From positions 28-64,027 of the forward strand of contig CAYTNT010000002.1 in assembly GCA_964439235.1 (NCBI GenBank): a stretch of 64,000 nt of DNA, read 5' to 3'. The stretch's first letter is position 1; the number at the start of each line of letters is the position of its first letter. This DNA is from an uncultured Rhodoluna sp. GTDB taxonomy: Bacteria; Actinomycetota; Actinomycetes; Actinomycetales; Microbacteriaceae. The translations under genes and the position numbers were made by a program. Shown piece after piece: positions 20,630-29,251 of the stretch. The notes beneath the pieces are model-generated. The model saw only the letters and a list, made by a program, of their open reading frames with translations. It searched no databases and had not been told where the DNA came from.

Positions 20630-20639
20630 CGGTTTTCGC

Positions 20640-21590
20640 GTGAATTCCCGAATCCGAATCATTTCGGATAACGACTACTCGGGCGACCCCGATGGTTTGG
20701 TGCAGCTGGCTCACCATCTTTTGAGTCCATCGTGTGAGATTCGCGCGATTATCGGTTCGCACCTCGGGGCAGATGATGGCGCTTGGCGAACCAACAGTGA
20801 ATCGGCTGCCGATGCGCTTGCCAAGGTTCGTGAGTTGCTGGCGATTGGTCGCTTTGGGCAGGGCATCCCGGTGTTTCAGGGGTCAAATCATGCCATGCAG
20901 GCCATCGATGAGCCGATTGCGAACGCTGCGGTTGAGTTCATCATCGAAGAGGCTATGCGCTCCGACACGGATGCTCCACTTTTCGTCGTTTGCGGCGGCA
21001 GCCTCACTCAGATTGCGTCTGCCTGGTTGCGTGAGCCGCGCATCGGCGAACGCCTTACGGTGATTTGGATCGGCGGTGCCGAGCATGCTGGTCGGCATAT
21101 TCCCCAGGGAGTTCCGCAGCTCGAATACAATCTGGCCGAGGACATTCTGGCCGCTCAGGTTGTGTTCAATCACAGCAACCTAAATCTTTGGCAGATACCA
21201 CGGGATGCCTATAGGCAAACTATCTTCAGCATGGCGGAATTGTCGGTTCGTTGGTCTCAAACTGGGCCTTTGGGGGCGTATTTGGCGTCTCAAATTGAGT
21301 TCGCGGTGACTCGTTTTGAATCGCAGGGACGCCGGCTCGGCGAAACTTATGTTCTTGGTGACAGTCCGCTCGTGCTCCTGACCGCGCTGCAAACACCCTA
21401 CGAGCCCGACACCGCGAGCTCGGTGCACGAGATCATCCCATGCCCGACCCTGAATTCAGACGGCACGTACTCCGAAAATCCGAATGGTCGGTCGATCCGT
21501 GTCTATCGAACAATCGACAATCGACTAATGTTCGAGGACTTCTGCGCCAAGCTCGCGCTCCTAGCAAACTCTCAGGAATCGAACCGCTAG
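20640..21590 (+). CDS. Nucleoside hydrolase-like protein
   Basis: N-terminal DNDYSGDPDG, GGSLT, WIGG, EYNL..D..AAQVVF, LGDSP. The start is probably GTG 20640. Confidence 0.75.
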   Translation: MNSRIRIISDNDYSGDPDGLVQLAHHLLSPSCEIRAIIGSHLGADDGAWRTNSESAADALAKVRELLAIGRFGQGIPVFQGSNHAMQAIDEPIANAAVEFIIEEAMRSDTDAPLFVVCGGSLTQIASAWLREPRIGERLTVIWIGGAEHAGRHIPQGVPQLEYNLAEDILAAQVVFNHSNLNLWQIPRDAYRQTIFSMAELSVRWSQTGPLGAYLASQIEFAVTRFESQGRRLGETYVLGDSPLVLLTALQTPYEPDTASSVHEIIPCPTLNSDGTYSENPNGRSIRVYRTIDNRLMFEDFCAKLALLANSQESNR

Positions 21591-21717
21591 CGTTCAGGTT
21601 TTGCCTCTTGCGTGATCACCGCGCAAACCCACCTTCAACGGTTCCGGCTCGACTCCGCGTCGAGGCATCCAACAAGTTTCAGGTAGGGTTTTCGCGACCC
21701 AACTGAAAGATAACGAA

Positions 21718-24384
21718 ATGGCAACACTGCTCTACCGCCTCGGCAAGTTCTCGGCTCGCCGAGCCTGGCTGGTTCTAGTCGCTTGGATCGTCGCGCTCGC
21801 TCTCGGAGTGGGCGGCATGCTGGCATTCGGCGGAACCCTCTCGTCGGCCATGTCGATCAAGGGACTGCCTGCTCAGGAGGTTGCCGAGTCGCTCCAGGCC
21901 AGTGTGCCTCAGGCCAACCAGGCTGCGGGAAAAATCGTCTTTCACAAAGCCGACGGCACCAGATTCACGGATGCCGAACAGCGTGCAATCGCCGAACAGC
22001 TGCAGGTCGTTGAAGACCTCAACATCGTTGACCGCGCGATTGACCCATTTGAGGTTGATCAGCAGCGCACCGAACAGCTCGAGCAACTAGCCGAGGGCGA
22101 GAAAGCGCTCGCCGATGCTCCAGCCACGATTGCCGATGCCGAGAGCGAGCTCAACCAGGGCCTCGCCAAGCTCGACAAGGCTCAAACCGAACTGGACACC
22201 AACCGCAAGACCGTGGTTGCTGGCATCAAGCAGGTGACCGACGGAATCGTTCAGGTGCAGGGCGGAATTACTGCCTTGAGCGCCATGAACCCAAGAACAC
22301 CAGAGCAGGATGCCCAACTCGGAGCCCTCAAGCAGCAGCTTGGCCAGCTCGAGGGTCAGAAGCAGACCCTGCTGCAGGCACAGGCAAAGATTGATGCCGG
22401 CCAGGCCGAGATCGACGCCAACCTGGCCAAGATTGAGTCGGGCAAGGCCGAGTTGGCTTCGTCAAAGAAGTCGCTGCCGCAGCAGAAGCAAGAGCTCGAA
22501 GCTGGTTTGGCTTTGGCCAAGGCCGCGGGTGACTTCGGAACCGTTTCGAAGGACGGCAGTATCGCCGTTGCCAACATCCTGTTCACCAAGGCGCAAGCCG
22601 ACCTCGAAACCGCTGAAAAGCAGACCGTGGTGGCCGCGTTCAAAGACTTCGAACTTGCCGGCGTGAACGTCGAGTTCTCTCAAGAGATCACTCAGACCAT
22701 CGAGGGCCTGCTCGGCATCGGCGAAGTTATCGGCCTGATTATCGCGATGATTGTGCTGCTCGTGATGCTCGGCAGCTTCATCGCGGCCGGCCTTCCGCTG
22801 CTAGCCGCGCTGATCGGTGTTGGCGTCAGCGCAACCCTGACCATGGCCCTGTCTGGGGTTATCCCGATGACCAGCACCACTCCGGTCCTCGGAGTCATGC
22901 TCGGTTTGGCGGTCGGTATCGACTACTCGCTGTTTATCCTGAACCGTCACCGCCGTCAGCTAAAGAACGGCGTCGAGCTCAACGAATCTATCGCGCTCGC
23001 CAACGGAACCTCGGGCAACGCCGTGCTCTTCGCGGGACTCACGGTGATCATCGCACTTGTCGCGTTGAACCTGACCGGCATCGAGTTCCTCGGTCTGATG
23101 GGAACCTTCGCTGCGGCCGCAATCGTGATTTCGGTTCTGGTCGCCTTGACCATGACCCCAGCGATGATGCGTCTGGTTGGCATGCGTGTGCTGTCGCGCA
23201 AGGAGCGTCGCGCTTTTGAGGCATCCAGCGTTGAGTCGCGTGCCGCAGCCGAAAAGGCAACCGAAGAGCGCCAAAAGAGTCGCACCATCTGGGCTAGCAA
23301 GCACCCGTGGCTTGCCCTGGCCGCCACCTTCGGAATCCTTCTCACCGCGGCGATTCCTGCCGCCAGCATGCGTCTCGGACTGCCAGACGGTGGCAGCGAA
23401 GCACCATACTCGACGCAGTATCGCGCCTTCTCGCTGATTACCGAAGGCTTCGGAGCCGGAGCCAACGGCCAGATCGCGGCTGTCGTGTCACTGCCGCAGA
23501 AGCTGGGCGAGACCGAGCTGCTGCAGACCAAGGCTGACCTTGCCACTAGGTTTGCAGAGCTCAAGAACGTTGACTCGGTCGTGCCGGCCGTCGATAGCGA
23601 AGACGGCACAAAGGTGCTGTTCCAGATTCTGCCGACCAGCGGGCCAAACTCGCTTGACACCCAGCAGGTCGTGGCTGACTTGCGTGCCGCCGAGGCATCC
23701 ATCGAAAACCAGTTCAACGTCGACCTTGGTGTGACCGGTTTCACTGCAATCAACATCGACCTGTCACAAAAACTTGCGGATGCGTTGCCGCTATACCTGG
23801 GTGTCGTGCTCGTGCTGAGCATGCTGCTGATGGTGATGGTGTTCCGTTCGCTGCTCGTGCCGCTGCTGGGCTCGATCGGGTTCCTGTTTACCGTCGTCGC
23901 GACACTTGGCGTGGTCACCGCGGTTTACCAGTGGGGTTGGCTGGGTTGGCTGTTCGGTGTGCACGAACCTGCTCCACTACTGAACTTCTTGCCGACCATG
24001 CTGATCGGAATCCTGTTCGGCCTCGCGATGGACTACCAACTGTTCTTGGTGTCTGGAATGCGCGAGGCGTGGGCTCACGGCGAATCGGCTCGCGAGGCCA
24101 TCAACCACGGCGTTCGAGGTGGTCGCGCGGTCGTAATCGCCGCGGCAATCATCATGATTTCGGTGTTCGGAAGCTTCGCGTTCTCGCACCTAACCATGGT
24201 TCGCCCGATCGGTCTTGGTCTTGCAATCGGTGTGCTGGCGGATGCGTTCATCGTGCGCCTGCTGTTCGTACCAGCCACCATGCGCCTGTTCGGAAAGGCA
24301 GCCTGGTGGCTGCCGAAGTGGCTCGACCGCATCCTGCCTGACCTCGACGTCGAGGGCACCAAGCTGGTCAAGACCGCAAACTAG
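21718..24384 (+). CDS. MMPL-family (RND) transporter with long coiled-coil insert
   Basis: GLAVGIDYSLF, GLAMDYQLFL, AWWLPKWLDRILP. Gln/Ala/Leu heptad segment at about aa 110-265. Confidence 0.92.
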   Translation: MATLLYRLGKFSARRAWLVLVAWIVALALGVGGMLAFGGTLSSAMSIKGLPAQEVAESLQASVPQANQAAGKIVFHKADGTRFTDAEQRAIAEQLQVVEDLNIVDRAIDPFEVDQQRTEQLEQLAEGEKALADAPATIADAESELNQGLAKLDKAQTELDTNRKTVVAGIKQVTDGIVQVQGGITALSAMNPRTPEQDAQLGALKQQLGQLEGQKQTLLQAQAKIDAGQAEIDANLAKIESGKAELASSKKSLPQQKQELEAGLALAKAAGDFGTVSKDGSIAVANILFTKAQADLETAEKQTVVAAFKDFELAGVNVEFSQEITQTIEGLLGIGEVIGLIIAMIVLLVMLGSFIAAGLPLLAALIGVGVSATLTMALSGVIPMTSTTPVLGVMLGLAVGIDYSLFILNRHRRQLKNGVELNESIALANGTSGNAVLFAGLTVIIALVALNLTGIEFLGLMGTFAAAAIVISVLVALTMTPAMMRLVGMRVLSRKERRAFEASSVESRAAAEKATEERQKSRTIWASKHPWLALAATFGILLTAAIPAASMRLGLPDGGSEAPYSTQYRAFSLITEGFGAGANGQIAAVVSLPQKLGETELLQTKADLATRFAELKNVDSVVPAVDSEDGTKVLFQILPTSGPNSLDTQQVVADLRAAEASIENQFNVDLGVTGFTAINIDLSQKLADALPLYLGVVLVLSMLLMVMVFRSLLVPLLGSIGFLFTVVATLGVVTAVYQWGWLGWLFGVHEPAPLLNFLPTMLIGILFGLAMDYQLFLVSGMREAWAHGESAREAINHGVRGGRAVVIAAAIIMISVFGSFAFSHLTMVRPIGLGLAIGVLADAFIVRLLFVPATMRLFGKAAWWLPKWLDRILPDLDVEGTKLVKTAN

Positions 24385-24422
24385 ATCCAGATCGCTCGGT
24401 TCACTCTGTTGTGTGAAAAGTC

Positions 24423-24460
24423 GAAGGCCCCCGCATTGCGCGAGGGCCTTCTTCTTTGTT
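24423..24460. terminator. Terminator between convergent MMPL and APC genes
   Basis: GAAGGCCC...GGGCCTTC followed by a T-rich tail, with an A-run on the left. Confidence 0.75.
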
Positions 24461-24468
24461 CGAGTTGA

Positions 24469-25935
24469 TTACGAGAGAACGTCTGCGGTTGCCTTGCTGT
24501 TGGCACCAGAGACCTTGCCCCAAATGACACCGACGACGGCCGCTACGAATGGCAGCAGCACGAGAACCCAACCCAGGGTTGATAGCGCCCAAGGGGTTCC
24601 GGCGTCTTCAGGGGTCGGTGCTAGACCGCCGAGCAGGTTGAAGCGGCTCATCAGCATGTACTCACCGACTAGCAAACCGACAAGCGCAATCGCCGGAGCA
24701 ATCTTGCCCTGCCATACGTTCGCTCCCTTGTTCTTCATGAAGTACACGAGGATAGCTAGCGAGACCAAGATCTCGACGAAGATGATTGCCACTGCGGTGG
24801 TTGCCGACATCCAGAAGAACAGGTTGCCGATACCATCGAGGCCCTGAATCGCGAACAGAGCGATTACCAGCAGGGCGAGAGTAGAGGTCACGATGATTCC
24901 GTTGACTGGTGCGCCTGCTGCGTTGGTCTTCGACAATGCTGCTGGCAAAACTCCACCGCGGCCGAGTGCGAAGAAGTATCTTGCCGCAGCGTTCTGGAAT
25001 GCAAGCAAGCCTGCGAAGAGGCTCGATACAACCAGCCACTCCATTGACACTGCAAGCCAAGGGCCTACGTAGTCGTTCGCTAGACCGAAGATCACGGCAG
25101 CTGGGTTGGCGAGTCCTTCTGACTGCTCCAGTACTTTATCGGCGATACCGGTGGCTCCAAGTCCAGTTACAACTGCAAATGAGACAAAAGTAAACAAACC
25201 AGCGATGATTCCGATTGCCCAGTAGGTCGCTCGTGGAACTGCTCGCTTAGGGTCCTTTGCCTCTTCACCGTAGATTGCTGTTGCCTCGAAACCGATAAAC
25301 GATGCGAAAGCAAATGCAATTGCGATTCCAGCACCGCCGACTAGCCCGCCTGCGAAGATCGCGTCCGGGCTGAACGATGCAGCGAAGTTCATGCCTTCAG
25401 GGCCGCCCTTTGCAAAGATGCCCAGAGCCATAATCACGAGTGACAGCAACTCTAGGATCATCAATACGCCAAGAACCTTAGCGCCTACATCAACCGAGAG
25501 CAGCGAAAGTGCGGTGACCACTAGCCAGCCAGCAATCGACCAACCCCACCATGGAAGGGTGTTCGGCAGGGTCAGTGCCAGAAGTCCACCGAAGAATCCG
25601 TAGATTGCCAGTTGGATGGTGATGTAACCCACCAGGGAGGCGAATGCCGAACCGACACCGGCTTCCTTACCGAGTCCGCGACCAACGTATGCGAAGAACG
25701 CACCGGTGTTGGTGACCTCGCGGCTCATGCGAGTGAAACCAACGCTGAAGATCAATAGAAGTAGGCCAACGAGCAGGTAAGTGCCCGAAGCCGCTGCGCC
25801 GTTTCCAGCGCCAATGGCGACCGGAACAGCGCCAGTCATTCCGACGAGTGGTGCGGATGCCGCAACCACGAAAAATACAATTCCTAGAATTCCGAGTCGG
25901 CCCTTTTTCAAAGCGCCATCTTGTTTATCAGACAT
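24469..25935 (-). CDS. APC-family amino acid/amine permease
   Basis: FFVVAASAPL, GAFFAYV, FIGFEATAIYGEEAKDP, 12 TM segments. ATG 25935 follows GAGGAG. Confidence 0.92.
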   Translation of the reverse strand: MSDKQDGALKKGRLGILGIVFFVVAASAPLVGMTGAVPVAIGAGNGAAASGTYLLVGLLLLIFSVGFTRMSREVTNTGAFFAYVGRGLGKEAGVGSAFASLVGYITIQLAIYGFFGGLLALTLPNTLPWWGWSIAGWLVVTALSLLSVDVGAKVLGVLMILELLSLVIMALGIFAKGGPEGMNFAASFSPDAIFAGGLVGGAGIAIAFAFASFIGFEATAIYGEEAKDPKRAVPRATYWAIGIIAGLFTFVSFAVVTGLGATGIADKVLEQSEGLANPAAVIFGLANDYVGPWLAVSMEWLVVSSLFAGLLAFQNAAARYFFALGRGGVLPAALSKTNAAGAPVNGIIVTSTLALLVIALFAIQGLDGIGNLFFWMSATTAVAIIFVEILVSLAILVYFMKNKGANVWQGKIAPAIALVGLLVGEYMLMSRFNLLGGLAPTPEDAGTPWALSTLGWVLVLLPFVAAVVGVIWGKVSGANSKATADVLS

Positions 25936-25962
25936 GTATGTCGATCTCCTCATTGAGTGTGG

Positions 25963-25980
25963 TCGTTCGGGGGCAAACGA
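25963..25980. promoter_or_regulatory. Palindromic operator copy 1 (permease promoter)
   Basis: TCGTTCG-GGGG-CAAACGA, just downstream of a minus-strand -10 TATGGT (25986-25991). Confidence 0.8.
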
Positions 25981-26082
25981 CCTAAACCATAGACTTGCCG
26001 AGCCTCGGGGAGTTGGTCAATTCACACTCGCTGATTTCTTCCACAATTTGCCGAATCGTTACAAAGAAAAATCCGGCCAAAA

Positions 26083-26100
26083 TCATTCGGTTGCGAACGA
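26083..26100. promoter_or_regulatory. Palindromic operator copy 2 (ADC-like gene promoter)
   Basis: TCATTCG-GTTG-CGAACGA, just upstream of -10 TAGGCT (26107-26112). Confidence 0.75.
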
Positions 26101-26119
26101 GTTGAATAGGCTTAAAGGC

Positions 26120-26932
26120 ATGTCTGACCTCAAAGGTTTCTTCGCCCCACTAACCCCAACCGGCCGTAGCTCTGTTGCTCCAAACATGCCGTGGTTCTAT
26201 TCGGGCAACCTCTTGACTGTCGAATACCTGACTGATCCAGCGAATGTTCGCGCGATTTTGCCGCCCGAGCTAGAGCTCGCCGATGAGCAACCAGGTGCGG
26301 TTGCGTTCATCTGGGCTGACTGGCAAAGCTGCTCGACCGGTGGCGAAGAGTTGCTGGACCCGCAGCGTTCCCAGTACCTTGAGGCCTTCGCGGTGGTGCG
26401 CTGCAAGTATGAGGGCAAGACCTACAGCCGCTGCGTTGCCATCTGGGTTACCAAAGACTTTGCAATCGCTCGCGGATACTTCCAGGGCTACCCTAAGAAG
26501 CTCGGCTCGATAGCCATGACCCGAATCTTCAACCACGGCAAGGCGACGCCGAAGCTCGAGCCAGGCGCCAAACTCGGCGCTAGCGTCGCTGCCTACGACC
26601 ACCGTTTGGCCAGTGCCGTCGTTACCCTGCGTGAACCGAGCGAGACAAACGGCTTTGTCAACGGGCATCCGATGATGCACAGCCGCTGGATGCCGTCAAT
26701 CACTCCGGGTCTCGGTAACTCGCTCGACCAGCTGATCACCATGGGTGGTGTGGATGCCGATCTCGGCCAACCTTGGAAGGGCGACGCGGTTCTCGAACTA
26801 CACGATTCGCAGTGGGATGAACTGGCTTCGATCCTGCCGGTTCACGAAATCCTCGGTGGCTACTACCGCGAGGTAGGCGTGACTTTCAACGGCGGCAAGC
26901 TCGTGCTCGATAAGTCGAACCCCAACATCTAG
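26120..26932 (+). CDS. Acetoacetate decarboxylase-like protein, MppR/Sbi00515 type
   Basis: PWFYSG, DWQS, LLDPQRSQYLE, Schiff-base Lys motif ARGYFQGYPKKLG. The true start is ATG 26120. Confidence 0.85.
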   Translation: MSDLKGFFAPLTPTGRSSVAPNMPWFYSGNLLTVEYLTDPANVRAILPPELELADEQPGAVAFIWADWQSCSTGGEELLDPQRSQYLEAFAVVRCKYEGKTYSRCVAIWVTKDFAIARGYFQGYPKKLGSIAMTRIFNHGKATPKLEPGAKLGASVAAYDHRLASAVVTLREPSETNGFVNGHPMMHSRWMPSITPGLGNSLDQLITMGGVDADLGQPWKGDAVLELHDSQWDELASILPVHEILGGYYREVGVTFNGGKLVLDKSNPNI

Positions 26933-26988
26933 ATCTCCTTGGCTTAGAGACCCCTTGGGTGCGGATTAGTCCGTTTGGGGGCAAGGCC

Positions 26989-27031
26989 AAAAAGAAAAGA
27001 ATCTGGCCCCCGTTTTTCGGGGGCCAGATTC
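26989..27031 (-). terminator. Intrinsic terminator of the glnA-like gene (possibly bidirectional)
   Basis: Perfect 14-bp stem GAATCTGGCCCCCG / CGGGGGCCAGATTC with an A-tract on the left. Confidence 0.85.
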
Positions 27032-27046
27032 GCTTAACCTGTCGCT

Positions 27047-28399
27047 TTAGTAGGCGGTGATGTACTCGTCGTGCTCCCAGTGGGTCACATCCCGGGTGCT
27101 CGGGTCAGAGACCTCTGAGTTGTAGCGTTCGATCTCATCGCGCTTGAGGACCAAGAAGGTCTCGACCAGCTGCTTCGATAGCTGATCGTGCAGGTGCGCG
27201 TTTGCCTCGAGCGCATCCAGAGCCTCGGTGAAGGTCTCAGGAAGAACCGGAGCTGCCTCGTTGTCGTAGGCCATGCCGACGGCTTCCTCTGGGCATTCGA
27301 GAGCGCGGTTGAGCCCATCAAGGCCGGCAGCGAGGATGCCCGCAATCACCAGGTATGGGTTTGCGCCACCGTCGCCAACACGCACCTCGAGGCGAGTGCC
27401 CTGACCTCGCTCAGGCGGAACTCGAACCATGCAGCTTCGGTTGTCGTATCCCCAGTTTGCGCGGTAAGGCGCAAGGGTGTCAGGGCCGAGACGCTTGAAA
27501 GCGTTCACGGTCGGGTTTGTCAGTGCGGTCAGGCCGTGGGCGTTGGCGGTGATGCCGGCAATCAGGTGCTTGGCAATGTCGCTTAGGCCTCCCTGGCCGT
27601 CGTGCATCTTGTTGATGCCGTTCTCGTCGGTAACCGAAAAGTGCAGGTGGAATCCACTGCCACCCTCGTCGCTCCATGGCTTGCCGAGGAAGGTTGCGAG
27701 CTTGCCCTCGCGGTTCACGACATCTTTGATGGCGGTCTTGAACTTGAAGGTGCGGTCGGCAGCATCAAGGGCCTTTGAGTGCCACAGGTTTATCTCGTAT
27801 TGGCTTGGGCTGAACTCGTGGTTGCCCGCGAATACGCCGATGTTCATCTTGTCCAGGTGACGCAGCAATCGAAGGAAGGTTCCGTCAGGGTCAACCATCG
27901 AACCGGTGGTGTAAACCTGACCGGTCCGCTCGTGCGCGCGAACCCAGCGTCCGTGCTCGTTCTGCTTGGCGATGTAGAACTCGAGCTCTGGGCCGACAAC
28001 CGGGTGTAGCCCGTGCTTCGCGTATCCCTCGATCACCTTGCGCAGCACCGCGCGGGGCGAGAACAGGTTCTCTGAACCATCTGGGTTCATCGCGTCGACA
28101 ATCGCGTATGCGACACCTGGCTCCCAAGGCAACTCGGTGATGGTTTCTGGGTCGATCTGGCTGACCAGATCCTGAAGGCCATCCGAGGCGATGTTGCCGG
28201 CGTCTAGAACACCACCGCGAGTGGTGGTCACCCACACGCCCTGGCAGAAAGCCGGGCCGTTGTGAGCACCCTTTTCAAGCTGGCTCACCAGGATGTCTTT
28301 TGAGCGAGTGATGCCGAGCACGTCGGGGTAGATGAACCGAAGCACATCGATGTTGCGTGCCTCAAGGTCTTCGCGAAGTTTTACCAAATCGTGTGCCAT
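27047..28399 (-). CDS. Glutamine synthetase-like gamma-glutamyl-amine ligase (PuuA/PauA/GlnA3-like)
   Basis: GPELEFY, HEFSPSQYE, GSGFHLHFS, WGYDNRS, RLEVR, ANPYL. Lacks DGSS, and GYEAP is replaced by DTLAP. Confidence 0.9.
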   Translation of the reverse strand: MAHDLVKLREDLEARNIDVLRFIYPDVLGITRSKDILVSQLEKGAHNGPAFCQGVWVTTTRGGVLDAGNIASDGLQDLVSQIDPETITELPWEPGVAYAIVDAMNPDGSENLFSPRAVLRKVIEGYAKHGLHPVVGPELEFYIAKQNEHGRWVRAHERTGQVYTTGSMVDPDGTFLRLLRHLDKMNIGVFAGNHEFSPSQYEINLWHSKALDAADRTFKFKTAIKDVVNREGKLATFLGKPWSDEGGSGFHLHFSVTDENGINKMHDGQGGLSDIAKHLIAGITANAHGLTALTNPTVNAFKRLGPDTLAPYRANWGYDNRSCMVRVPPERGQGTRLEVRVGDGGANPYLVIAGILAAGLDGLNRALECPEEAVGMAYDNEAAPVLPETFTEALDALEANAHLHDQLSKQLVETFLVLKRDEIERYNSEVSDPSTRDVTHWEHDEYITAY

Positions 28400-28428
28400 T
28401 GCAACTCCTTTGTCGCATTTCCATAAAC

Positions 28429-28446
28429 TCGTTTGGATTCAAACGA
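28429..28446. promoter_or_regulatory. Palindromic operator copy 3 (perfect; glnA-like / GATase divergent promoter)
   Basis: TCGTTTG-GATT-CAAACGA next to a minus-strand -10 TAGGCT (28448-28453). Confidence 0.85.
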
Positions 28447-28537
28447 AAGCCTAGTATCGTGAAGCCAAGCGCCATTGGTTCAATGCTAAAAAGTAATCTT
28501 TCGGTTACAAAGCGACTGCCCGAATAGCAAGGATGTG

Positions 28538-29251
28538 ATGACCGTGAAGGCCCTGTTCATTCAGCACGACCACGTGTCTCCGATCGGTCCGCTCGGCGAC
28601 CGATTCAAGCAGCACGGCTTCGCGGTCGAAGAGCTTTTGGTGGTGCCCGAAGCGTCGTTTCACGAGCCCAACATCCACTTCAGTTTTCCCGATTTCAACG
28701 ACTTCGATGTGATCGTGCCAATGGGTGCTCCGTGGGGCGCTTGGGACAACGCCTGCATTGGCAACTGGCTAGAACCTGAGGTCGAATGGATACGTTCAGC
28801 GGTCAGCTCGGGCAAATCGGTGCTGGGTGTCTGTTTTGGCGGGCAGCTGATTGCACGGGCCATGGGTGGCTCGGTTGCGCCGGCTCCGCAGTGCGAGATT
28901 GGCTGGAAAGACATCTGGTCGTCTCGACCCGACCTGATTTCGAACGGCCCCTGGTTTCAATTCCACTACGACCGCTGGCAGCTGCCGCCGCAGGCTATCG
29001 AAATCGCTCGCAACCCAATCGCATCCCAGGCGTTCTTGATTGAAAACTCGCTTGCCATTCAGTTTCACCCCGAGGTGACTCCAGAGTCTCTGGTCGGGTG
29101 GCTCGACTGGGGTGGCGACAAGAAAGTCATCGAAGACGGCCAAGATCCAGAGATCATGAAGGCGCAGACCCGCGCGTATGCCCAGGATGCTCAAAAACGC
29201 ACCTACGAACTCGTAGATGCGTTCTTGAAAAGCGTTGCGAAACTGATTTAG
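28538..29251 (+). CDS. Type 1 glutamine amidotransferase-like hydrolase (AtdA2/GuaA-N-like)
   Basis: FIQH, PMGAP, nucleophile GVCFGGQ, QFHPE. Confidence 0.9.
   Translation: MTVKALFIQHDHVSPIGPLGDRFKQHGFAVEELLVVPEASFHEPNIHFSFPDFNDFDVIVPMGAPWGAWDNACIGNWLEPEVEWIRSAVSSGKSVLGVCFGGQLIARAMGGSVAPAPQCEIGWKDIWSSRPDLISNGPWFQFHYDRWQLPPQAIEIARNPIASQAFLIENSLAIQFHPEVTPESLVGWLDWGGDKKVIEDGQDPEIMKAQTRAYAQDAQKRTYELVDAFLKSVAKLI

Noticed and set aside
22956-23918. Long antisense ORFs (this 320-aa one, also 31987-32907, 43444-44361, 53074-54087 and others)
   Set aside because: They are shadows of well-supported genes on the opposite strand in GC-rich DNA and carry no recognisable motifs.
25781-26119. N-terminal extensions in the ORF track (also 12247, 17795, 20487, 33457, 34292, 44930, 56645)
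   Set aside because: They overlap neighbouring genes or promoters. Downstream starts have an SD or -10 box and match family N-termini.
26971-26988. Seventh operator-like sequence CCGTTTG-GGGG-CAAGGCC
   Set aside because: The right half is degenerate and it lies between convergent genes with no promoter.
27047-28399. Housekeeping glutamine synthetase glnA
   Set aside because: Ammonium-site motifs are altered and the context is catabolic.
28493-28508. Possible GlnR box GTAAT-N6-GTTAC
   Set aside because: A single low-information match. Plausible for a nitrogen-yielding pathway but not supportable by eye.
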